Of a DNA stretch of 64,000 nucleotides, positions 47,901 through 59,900 are shown in pieces. Position numbers and translations under genes: made by a program. The stretch is taken from positions 30,050,299-30,114,298 of the forward strand of contig NC_134025.1 in NCBI RefSeq assembly GCF_964204645.1, written 5' to 3'. The DNA comes from Tubulanus polymorphus (lineage: Eukaryota > Animalia > Nemertea). The notes below the pieces were generated by a model, which was given only the letters and a program-made list of their open reading frames with translations, did not search any database and was not told where the DNA came from. The first letter of the stretch is position 1; each line of letters starts with the position of its first letter.

Positions 47901-50900
47901 GACCAAGTTCCATAGCTGTTGGTTGAGATTCGACTCAAAAGAGTTAAATCATTAGAATTGAAGCAACTATTGAACTCTTAGAGTTCAGCTCAGTGGAATC
48001 AGGTTCAGAATGTTAGATCTGAGTGGTCTAACTAATCATGATATTTTTCAGTCTCTCATTCATGACTACTTCTTTATTTGGAAATGACTTTTAGCATTCA
48101 ATATCAGGTGCCCACATTCGTCTGACATCAAGACTGTTGATTTAATGTCTCTATAGAACATAAAATCGTAGAGAAACTTATCTGAAGTTATATACGACGA
48201 CGATGACGATGACGACGATGGTGTAATTACGGAAGTCGTGAAAGAACGTTCATCTTGGAGAATAAATCAATGAGAATGAATCCTTACGAGTAATCAAATA
48301 GAAAGGTCAATTGCTAATTACGAACTATCAAGATTCTTTTCGGTAATAAATACGCCGTGATATCATCTTCTAAACGACGCGATATATCAGATATTTCGTC
48401 ATCAAAAATTAATGGTTCGTGTATTATTTTATACCGTTTTGGGAGAAGTTATAAAACTTTACGGAGTAATAATGAAGATATTAAATGCATTTGGGCGAAC
48501 ACAAATATTTCTCATCACGATTGGTTGTCGCAAGATTAAAAGATAAAAGAGGCAGCTGAAATACTGAGGGATCCAGGGACACCGTACCCACTCGGGGAAA
48601 CGCTGGACAATCTGATAATTTGACACCCCCTGGATTTCCAAATATAGACCAATGACCTTGAAACTTTGAAAGATAGATATCTCCTGATGAGACTTGGTTA
48701 AAGTAAGATTAAAGGGTTGGATAGAATGGAAATGTTATTCCTCTGATAAGGAAGCTAGCGTCGTGGCTGTCAATTTTTATGGGACTATAAATAGTCAATC
48801 TCCTAAAATGATTGAATCAGAAAAAGAAATATCGCAAGGAGAAGAACGTCTCTCCATCTCCACTGAGAGTAAAATCAAATATCATGTGATAAGAAAATTT
48901 TATGCAAAAACAGTGTTAATAAATATTGCTTGAAGAGCCGCTCTGTGGCAATCAGTTTAAAGCAGCTTTTCAGACAGCGTCAGACTTGTGTAACCATAAA
49001 TTGATCTTTAGGTCAATAGAAAACGGAAACCTATTCGTGACTTGCATCGATTCAAGATTTTCCTGTTTTTAGCGCTATATTTAAACTGGTAAAAGACGAT
49101 GATTTGTGAAAGATGAAATGCTTTTATAACGGAACAAGTAGAAAGGAGTGTTTAACCTTTTTGTACATATGTTTGCTATCGGTGCTGGAGATGGATGAAA
49201 GCCTACTTATATTTTCAGTGTAAATAAGACATTTGAGTAATCAAGATGAAATCATCACCTAAGTATGTGAGAGGTATCTGAGACTTTGTCCCTAATACAG
49301 GTGATGTATTTACTGTATCGCATTTCAAGAAGCAGCTTTTGAACTGATTTATTGACAACATTTCTAACTGCAATTCACATTGAATTTATTACAAAGGCTA
49401 ATTTCATGGTTTTCTTGAATTGAGAATCCAGTCAGTAAGTTTAGAATATTCTGCACTTCTTAATGTCCCCATAAAGGTAATTTGTGACATTTGCAAATGA
49501 CAAAAAGATGCTTCTTGTTTATGAATTATTAGGAAGCTCGAATGCTCTATGACTAATACTCGTATCGACTGCAAAATATGCCATAAACTATACACGAGTT
49601 TAGGAAAACTGTCGATGGACCGGATCAGGATTATGTGAAATGCTTCACTCAACATCCATTAGTTCAAGGATTGTATGATTCGTCTCAATCACCCAGCAGC
49701 GCAAATTTCAGTTCTACCCGTCAAAAAGCAACAGCGTATAATCTCGTAGTAGAAAATGCCTGAGGATACAATCTCTTTTTTCTTTTACCTTGGAATCAGT
49801 TCCAATCGGTTTCTTGCATTCTTCGCAGGTATTGGCGAAGTTATCTTCGTAGCATTTTATGCAGTACGGCTTCTCCTCTCTGAGAATGTATCGATGTCCC
49901 GTCAGAGACTTGTCACAGTTGAAACAACTGAAGTGTCCACTATGCCAGTCTTGTTCCATTGCTTTTGTATATTCACCGAAGAATATTAACTGAAATGAGA
50001 AGAAACAAAGAGTCGCGTTCGATTAGATACGATTCTCCTTCTAGGACGATCATGGCTTATATTTACTCAGTTCTCATACATACAACATCGCACATGGAAA
50101 TACCCAGATATGAAACATTCGATGCCAAGGTTTGACAGCAGCTGGGGGTTTAACATTTTAACCTTGTAGAGTTGAATACTGGTACATATACCAAAATAAA
50201 CTCTCTAGCTATAAGTTTACAGTTCCTCAGTAAGTTTGGAATCTAGAGCTGTTCATTTCTAATGCTTTAACCCTGGTCCAATCATAAGCTCAGAGAATCA
50301 CGAAACCATGTCCAGTGTTTCAGCCCCACAGTAAAATCATTCATTCCAAGACTACAGAACCATAGATAACTTTAATTGAAAACACAATGCACACCCAAAC
50401 TAGCTACATCATGATCATGTGTACACTGGCAGCATTGGTATTACTGGTCAGTGAATTCTGTTTATTCTCTGGTTGGTTGTGTTCGGGTATAAAATCCATC
50501 TAATCGATCTCTATGTGTAGAGACCTGAAAGAGATTGATCTGCCAGTGTGCGGTGGTTTTACCTAATGATTCATTACTGAAATTACCTTGAACTCAAAAA
50601 ATTGTAACCTCGCAATAACCTGAAAACAGTATCTGTTCATATCGCTTAAAAATACCTTATATTCATATAATAACTAGAAGCTAAATAACTGAGCAGGTAA
50701 ATCATGATTTTTGAGCTTTTTTTGAATAAGATTTGCTTCCAAATTCCTTCAATACACTTTAAAAGATCTTATCAAGTTCAAACATTTATCGTTACAAGAC
50801 AAGTATTCTCTTCAGATGTTGATGTTTTACTGATTGAGTGAAAAACAACTAGAATTCCCTCCAATGAGTAAGAAATAGAGACAATAAGTAGAGAAGGTAA

Positions 50901-53900
50901 AACTAACGAAAAAATTCAATGTACCTCTACTGTGTAAAAAGGTTCACTTACACGGCAATGATAGTCAGTGGCGGAAGCGCGATTTTCAACCATATTGATA
51001 AATAATCAATGGAAAATTCCTTCACGTAAATAACAATCCGATTGTTGGTCGTTTATTTGTGAGAAAACGTCTGCTGTTGAGATGTGAAAGAGATCTAATA
51101 GAACCGGGACTATAATCCATACCCTTCGCTCTTTATCAGTCACGTGCGTGATTTAAAAATCTCACCGTAAATTGTCCAACGTCACGACGTCAATGTCGAA
51201 ATGGAACGCACTATAACGCGAGGTCATTATTGGTGTAAATTTGCGCCGGAGAGGTTTTGCCGATAATACCACGTTTTCGCAGAGCCTCGCAGTGACTGTT
51301 TGAATGGTCGTCACAGCGATACACCGCTATGATAGATTCAAACTGCATCTCGAAGCTTCACACGATATCAGTCACCAAAACTGTTACAGCGGGGGCAGAG
51401 ATGATTGATCAATTTATCATTACAGATAAAAGAAAATTGTTTATCGGACATGTTCAGTAGTGTCAGACCCCTCAACAGTGAACTGACAAGCCAACAGGAT
51501 ATGTCGACATTTGCTAGAAACTGATGCTAAGAATATCATTGATAAAAACAACTATGAATCTCATTTTTGTATCCATGTTTTTCACCTCTATTCTATGGAT
51601 CAAGTAAAGTTGTTTAGTTAAAAATGATTACAATAGATGTTTACAACACCTGCATTAAACTGTACCAACTGAGATATACAATATTCTACACACATGTTTA
51701 CGTTGTAATAGCTCAGAATCAGTCTTGATTAAGTTTATCAGATAATTACCGGGGAATCCTAACAGTTTACAAATTATCTTACTCTATAAGAGAATGCCGA
51801 TAGACGGAGGTGTATATCGCTTAGAGACGACTGGATGATTCCCAACATTTCTTTTTAGTTAAAAAGAGACTCATTTTAACAAGCATTATTTTTCCCGTTT
51901 TGCACCAAAAAGCAGGGTCCGTTCTAACATGGACGTATAAACTAGTTTATACGTTCATGGTTCTAAGTACTTGTCCAATTGCCCGGGACAAGTATATTAT
52001 CATAAGTGCAAGTAGGTTATCATTATCACTTGTCCGCTGGGCTAGTGCAATTTTGTGTCTCAAAGCTTTTTGCCAATCGATACAACAGTTGGACTGCTTG
52101 TGTAGGGCAAGTAGATTTTTAGGGGGCAAGTAAAATTTCAGATATGCTTGCCCCCGGGCAGGTGGTTCTTATTCCTTAGATCGGACTCTGAAAAGCCATG
52201 ACGCTTGTGCCCTACACTTAAAACAAATATATGTATATCACCCTTAAAACGATGGATTCATTAGGAAGACTAGACACAGAAGGGGTTTAAAGATGTTATT
52301 ACCACCAGACTAGACAGAAAATCATTCATACTGAGTTGTGTGGTTATATTGTGTAGGCAGAGGAGAACATTCTTCACCAGCAAACCCGATATACATCCTG
52401 ATTACAACAAAAATATGTTATTTACAACTTCAAAAAAAACCACCTCAGCCTAAATACCAAGTGTGAAGTATTGTATTCGAACATACGAAACCTGGTAATA
52501 TTGTTCTTATATCAGATAAACACAGGTGCAGAAAATCTGAATTACTGGCAAAAATACACGCAATTCTATAAGCAATCAACTTAACATTTAGCTATAATTG
52601 AATATAAAGGAGCTGGTTTAACAGACCTCGTTTAATTAAGTCAGACTTCAGAGTTAAAATCAGTTCATTTAAAATATTTGAAAACTCTGTGAAACTCGAT
52701 CTTGTACCCGTTTCCATAGATCTCGCCTAAACATTGGTCTTTACCGTAGAAACAATTTGAACTGATTTAACTAAAGAATGAAACTTTACGTGGAACTGGA
52801 TCCTGGTCATTAAATCTAATCATCTTTCACAGATTGATGAAAACGAAACCGTTTCTATTCATGAAGATGAAGATATTTTCAGTTACTGCCACTGCGATAT
52901 TGAAAGCATTTTTTAAAACTCACCCGACGATAGCACGGATATCCAACTGCGTTGATTTAAAGTAATCGTTCCGGCCACAATGATTATATGAGCCATGAAC
53001 AAATCATCCAGAAGTAATAAAAAAGATGATATCGATCTTTGAAAAACCAACTGACTGAGGCTGATGATGATGCTGCTGACAGAAAATGTTGTTTGCTTAT
53101 GTCAATTGAACCCCACTTTCGTAGTACTACAAGCTTACTGTTCGGTAAACACTTTACTTTATACAGTCATCTAATTTAAAAATGAGTCACACTCAAGTCC
53201 TCTTGTTTATAGAAATTATCCTAGAGTCCTCGTAGTCATTTTTGATCATTTTATCGTCCCCCGTATTTACGTACGTACATCCAATAGTATTTCTGCTAAT
53301 AATGAATCATATGTATCTATTACAATAAACGATCGGCTACACACAATACGCGTCTAGGCCACAAATATGTTAGTTATGTTTATGACCACCGGATCAGGAA
53401 TCCAGGAAGCTTGCCCAGTGTTTTCACCTTCATTTCCCCTTTCCCAAATTCTATAACACTGCTGGAAATCATGCGCTGATCGTTCCGCGTAGTTGACAGT
53501 TAATGTATTAGGATCGTTAGTCATTTTTTTTCTAATGATATTTGAACAATTGTTTGTCAGTCATACACACATCCTATTCTGTAATAACTAGCTCTACACG
53601 TCTCTGGAACTCGACACAAATTCCATGTTTAATAACAGTAGATCATGAAGTAGGAAGTAATTAAATGTAAATATATCGACGTAACATTTCAAACCAGGAA
53701 GTTTTAACATATTCTAAATATTTCAATTCAATCTTTAATTCGAAGAAGTCGAGATATCGATAATTTCACTTCAGATTCCAGAGTTTTTAAGGTAATAATA
53801 AGACTTTTCTAAACTTCTCCAAAAAGATCATTGACCTTTTACAGGCAGAGACGGAGATGAATGACTGAACACAGTTTAATTCCCTCTGCTGGTTTTTCTG

Positions 53901-56900
53901 CCTCATTGCTGAATGAAGTCGTTGAGAGCAATGATCATTAATCATTAACTATTACTCCCCTCTCCCCACACCCCCTCCCCAGCCTCCCCCTCCTATAATC
54001 ATCTACACACAATTACTAATATACTAATAGGAGGTAAGTAGAGAGCACAGGGACCCGGTTTGGCAGTTGTGAGTTAGACTTAACTCTATAAGAATTACGA
54101 TAAGAAAAGATTAGTTCATATTCAATGTTTTAATTCTTATCAAATTCAACTCTGTAAATTTTTCCTACATCCTATTTCGAAGACCTTTAACATTCATCTC
54201 TGTTCTGTCTGTCATCTCGACCTTACTCATTAAAAAGAATGTTTTCAAACAACGATGAGTTCTACGCAAAATAAACCCAGCCAGAGCTTCTAGATGGCGC
54301 TACAAATATTGTTACTAATTAGAAATATGTTACATTACCTTGGATTAAAGGCTGGTAGAAGAGAATATTATGGCAGTAGCTAACGAGACTCTACTGGTAT
54401 GTGTACACACCTAAATATAGCTTACCACCTACCCTTCTACCCACGTACCCAACCTACTGGCACTACTGATTTCAGTAGACTATGTTACATCTGGTTCTCT
54501 CTCCTCCGCAAACATTTTCACATCGCGTAGAAAAGCGTTCGAAAAACAAGGTTTATTTTCATGTAAGTTTCGTCAGGAAAGATTTTATAAGTTTTTAGAA
54601 AAATAGGTGAAAGATACAACATAAACTAGAAATGAGGAAACTGATATCAAATCATGTAACAAGCTGCTTGATTGGTTTTTCCAGCAAATACCTGTTGATT
54701 AATGAATTTCCCAAAAAAACATTAATTGGTTTTCCACTGGATTTCGATGTCTGGAGGTCAGACGATGGAAGCCTGATTAATATCAACGAGGCACACGATA
54801 GTGTTGACACAGAAAACATGATCATTAAACAACTGGATAGTGATAATAGGAAGAAAGAACATGTTTGTGTCGAAACTCCTTTGAAGGTGGAAGTTTATCT
54901 CAGAACGCATCAAGCACATTAATATACACCACAGTAGTGTTAGAAACATTATCACGTAGTACAGCAACTTGTAAGAGATGAAATAAATAAAAATTTGACA
55001 GAATTCATGAATGAAGATAAAATTGTAAAGGAGGCAAGGTGATGCTGGACAAGTAAAAATCAGAATGAGAACTATAATGGGAATGAACAGGAATGGAGTC
55101 CGATGAAAGAGAAAGTACCAGGTATATAGAGGTTACTTCTTGATATGGTTGGTATAAGAGTATGAAGTCATAAAAACGGAAGATATAAAAGATACAGAGA
55201 AATATGTTAAATAAGGGATGGGTGTCAACACGGAGAGTTTCTACTCACAACTCCATCACAGCATCCGTGCTCACATAATTGTATCTTTTCTCTATACTGG
55301 TAGAAAGACATTGTTCGAAATGTATTTTGAATATTCCATTCACCTCGAAAACCCGAGATCCGTTCCTATAGATACATCCTTATTATTAACATCGATAACT
55401 GATCAAAGATTTCGTCGTGAAAATACGAATAATTCCGTATTGGTTAAATTGCGATGTTTGAAACTGGAATAAAGAAAACTCGAATGAACGCTCGATTATC
55501 GTGTGGAAGTTGTTGAATCCAAAAGGCCACATCTGTTTAGTTCCAAAGTTCCAAATGTCAAAGATTACGTAAAGTCAGCCTCCCATGGAAAACATAGATT
55601 TGAATCAACACGGTTTTCCAGACAGATTCAGCAGGAGTTTAATTACTTTTGACCACGGGAAACATCCAATAATCCAACAAGAATTCAGACAACACGAGCA
55701 TTACTGAACCACTGAATTCTTTGATGTTAATCTGCAGTTGTTTTATGCAAAGATTAATCGAATGCGGGCAATTAGCAATAGCCTTACCTCTCTAAATGAA
55801 GTCTAACAAGAAGCACAAATGAACCATTTAGATATGAAAATTTCAGAAACAGACTGAATTACAGGTGTCTTAATAGTTGAAAGCAACATCGCAAGTGTAA
55901 AGAAATCCTGTTTTCAGTTCTAAATTTATCATCACAGGTGTCTTATTAAAATAGGCTCTTTTCATCACCTGAATAAATACTATTACTTGATTCATGTATG
56001 AAGTACTCACATATATGAAGTTTAATGCTTGCTATGCGAAAGAAAATGACCAGAGATATCGAAGATATTCATAAAATCTAGAATGACACCGAAGATAAAG
56101 ATGAAAAAGTCAAGACTGACAGAAGAGTAAAGTACATTTCACTTTATTTGATACATACTGTAAATAATTAGATTATTATTCTGGAGAAAAGTATAAAAAG
56201 AAAAACATCGTCTGAAAATATTTGCCAACACTTGTGAGAGATTATATTGGCAGCTCCGGAATGAATGGTAAAGATGCGAGCAAGAACTAGGAATGGGGTG
56301 AAGACATACGTAATACTGCGGAACCAGACATAGACAGACAGGATAAAACTGAGGATACACCTGAGCTAAACACACGTAATGAGCCAAGTTCATGTTACGT
56401 TATTTAGTCCATTTCCAATTTTGAACGGATGTTGCGTCTAGTTGGACCAGTGATAATACTAGCTGATTAAAACCTGCCCTGAATGCACGACACTGATTTA
56501 GTCCTTCCTAAATCGGTACGCTCCAGATACCAGAATGGACATACTAGCAATGGTGTGATCGTGAACCTCATTGGCTATTTCAGGTGAATACTTCGTAATA
56601 TGCTGGTTTGTGAAGTAAATGTCAAGGATGAACATCTTCTGGGATTTCGCCATGTGATTCTTAGTACTAAACTCCCTGGTACTAAACACAACATGTTTCA
56701 AACCTGCTGCGACTAAATTAAACCTGAGATCGGAGATGAAATACTAGAACTCTCAAGACATCGTTCTGATAGTAGTCAGTAGCAATAAGAACACGCTCTT
56801 CCATCAACTCATTCATACTAACCTCTAGATATAGCGAACAGTTCAATCAGATTCGATTTCTGCACAAGGTAAGAGCAAGTCGGGTTGAAACACTGACATA

Positions 56901-59900
56901 CGATAAAACAAATATTTATCATCACTGCTTACACGAGATGGATAAAGATTGTTTCCCGCCTCAGCAGCACGTGTATGCAAATAACAGCAGCCATATCGAA
57001 AGAATAAATTCAGGATCCCGTAGTAGACATGTTTCAGATAAGATCTCTCAGACGGAATTCAATAATTGACTCGTTTAATCCATTTTACTATTTTTTTGAC
57101 GCGCGTCATAAATAATTCATTCATTTCTGACAGATTTTTGATATAAACTTCTTCTGCACTCTCAACACGTTTATCATTATTATTACACGTCATGTAACCG
57201 AAGAGTTTTACGCGTGTGGAGAAACATAAGAACATTTTTCTACTTAGAACTTATCATATTATCTGAGAAATAGATAAGATGAACAGACATTGTATGTAGT
57301 ATTCTGTACTTAATCTACCCAGACTGATTTAGATGGGTTTTTTTTATTCGAGCAAATGGAATATATACCGGAACACGTGATACATTACACGTGATATGTA
57401 CAGGGCTTCTGAAATTTCGTTGCAGTACGGCAATGGCCACTGAACCTGGTGAGATTGTTTTCCATCGCGATGAGTGTTACAATCATAACAGAAATCTTAT
57501 TCTTAGGAAAATTATCCGATCGAAAAACTATGCGGAACAACAGGTACTACCGAGACTCAAGCAACTTCCACCAGGTGGCACTAGACTAGACCTTGAATGT
57601 AAAAAACTGAAAGGCTCGAGTTTAAAAGTTGTTTTTTTTAGTTTATTTTATAAAACACGTGCGTGAATCTGAACTTATCGATGTATTGTATTGTTTTATA
57701 TGAATATTCACACGAGGCGTGCTATAGATAGTAAACCTTGCACACCGTAATAGGCAATCATAGCAGTACGAAGCAGTGAGGAGCTGAAGCAGTGGTGGTG
57801 GTGGTGGTGATGAGATTGCGAGGGTGTGACTACCATCGAGGGGTTTATACCTACAGAGAGAGAGAACAGCTGTATACAGAGATATAACCGGCCGCCGCAT
57901 ACCTGAACAGTAAGCGATACGTTCACTAGAGATAGTGAGAGTTTGAGAAGAGATGTTGTAGATCCTGAACGGATTACTCACTCACTTTCCCTCATTTTTA
58001 ATCAATCGATCTTTCATTTTTATCCGTTTAAAATCGATTAATTTCAACGTTATCTACGTCTTCAATATCAGTAATTATTGCTAGAATTCTTCTACTCGAG
58101 AGTATGAATAATTCAGGAGATACTCCACACAATTCTCAAAAATTTCAAGAAGAAATAACATAATTTCAAGTTTCCTTATTTCTGAAGGAGTAAGTCCTAT
58201 TTCGTAGCCCTCCCTAAGATACAGCTCCATGATAACACACAAAATCTAACAAACTACGAATAATATGACTCCAATTCTGAATAAAAAATCCTGCCCAGCG
58301 GTTGACGAACCAAAAAACTGGTATAACTGGTGTTATAATCAACTCAACTTCTACACACTATAAACTCTATCAAAGCTAAATGAATCTAACTGAAACTTTA
58401 ACTCAATCACATCAATTTAAACATGGCTACAGTAATGATTATTGTAATAAGTGATGATAATTTTGAATGGTTAAAAGATTTCCCCGAATGCACAATTTTA
58501 CTTACGATTTCTCTGATACACCAAACCCTTCCAAGGCCCGAAGAGGTAAAACTAATAGCAAGCAGTATACCTAGATGAAACTAACCCATGGTTTTTAAAC
58601 AACTTTATATTAACGAGAGGAGTGCAAACCTTTACTAAGGGTAAAAGTAATAAGCCAGCAGTGTACCTCGATGAAACTCCCCTACCCAATAGTTTCTCAA
58701 CCACTTCATATCGATGAGATGAGTGCAAACCTCAACTAGCTGAATTATTTTTAACCTTCCTCTACCACCGCAAATACCCAGTCAGTCAGTCAGTGAGCCA
58801 ACCACACGTCAGTAAAATTCAATCAACAAATTACCCTTGAACAAGGTGGCTGCTTTTATCAGTGAAATATCTAAAGTCTCAGTTAAATATTTCAACAGGA
58901 GATTTTAGAGATGGAATTTGGGATTTTGCGAGATGTAGTTATTGAAACAAATGATTTAGAGCCATGTTCACACTATCGCTACTTAGTATGTTCTAATTTG
59001 ACCAGTACTTGGAACGGGACCAATTTCGAATGGGCCAAAATCAATGCTATGTGTTCACATACAAATTTAAATCTGCTGTTATCACTGGTCCAGCTAGACC
59101 TAAAACTGTGATTGACAGGCAATTGAAGAAAAGTTTCTGTTCACACACAGAGAAATGGTCAGTTCTAAAATTGCATCTATAACGGACCTGGATTTGTCTT
59201 TTTGGTTGATCTGTTGAAATTTGCACTCCTCCTAATCATGTGTTTCATGAAAAGTTAAAAATAACATTTTATTTATTGATAAATTCATCAACATATCCAG
59301 ACCTGCAGCTAAATCTATCAATAAGCTAATGTAGATTCAAATATCCAATAAAATCTTCAAATCAAAGTTATAAAATGAAAACATAAATAGATTTTTCATG
59401 CTTTTTATCGTTTGAATTTCATATATTTTCGTAAAAGAAGTTTGCAGCTCGAATAATTGGATTGCAGCGATATATACCGCGTAAACAGTGCGCCACCTAT
59501 CAGATACACAGCGAACTAATAGAGAAAGCTCCAGTCGCACTAATACTGATACTTTCTAACGCATGATGGACTTAACCTAAACTTCATCAATGAATTATGT
59601 GAAAAAACCTTTTGCTACAAAAGCAAAATGTGAATTTTAGGGAGTAAACAATAAAGCTATAAGTGATAACCCTAAAGCATGTGAAAAGTCATGGCTTCTG
59701 TAGCTAAGAGGCAGCAGGTGCTATATCCAACCATCATTGGGAAAAATATTGACAAATCGGTTTTTAAAGCTTAGTCAGCGCTCACATTAACCGCGATTCT
59801 TTTCGGATTATTTATTGGACATCGGTGGGCAAATGCAGACGGCATACTTAAACAGGTTCGAAAAAAAAAACTCAATCCATCAATCGCGGAAAGAGTCCTC

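Noticed and set aside
48684-48712. Second hammerhead core (CTGATGA + short stem)
   Set aside because: Lacks the GAAA and stem I/III; the same applies to CTGATGA at ~45766.
54632-54967. Overlapping ORFs in the large intron
   Set aside because: No recognisable domain and no splice sites that fit the PET-LIM frame.
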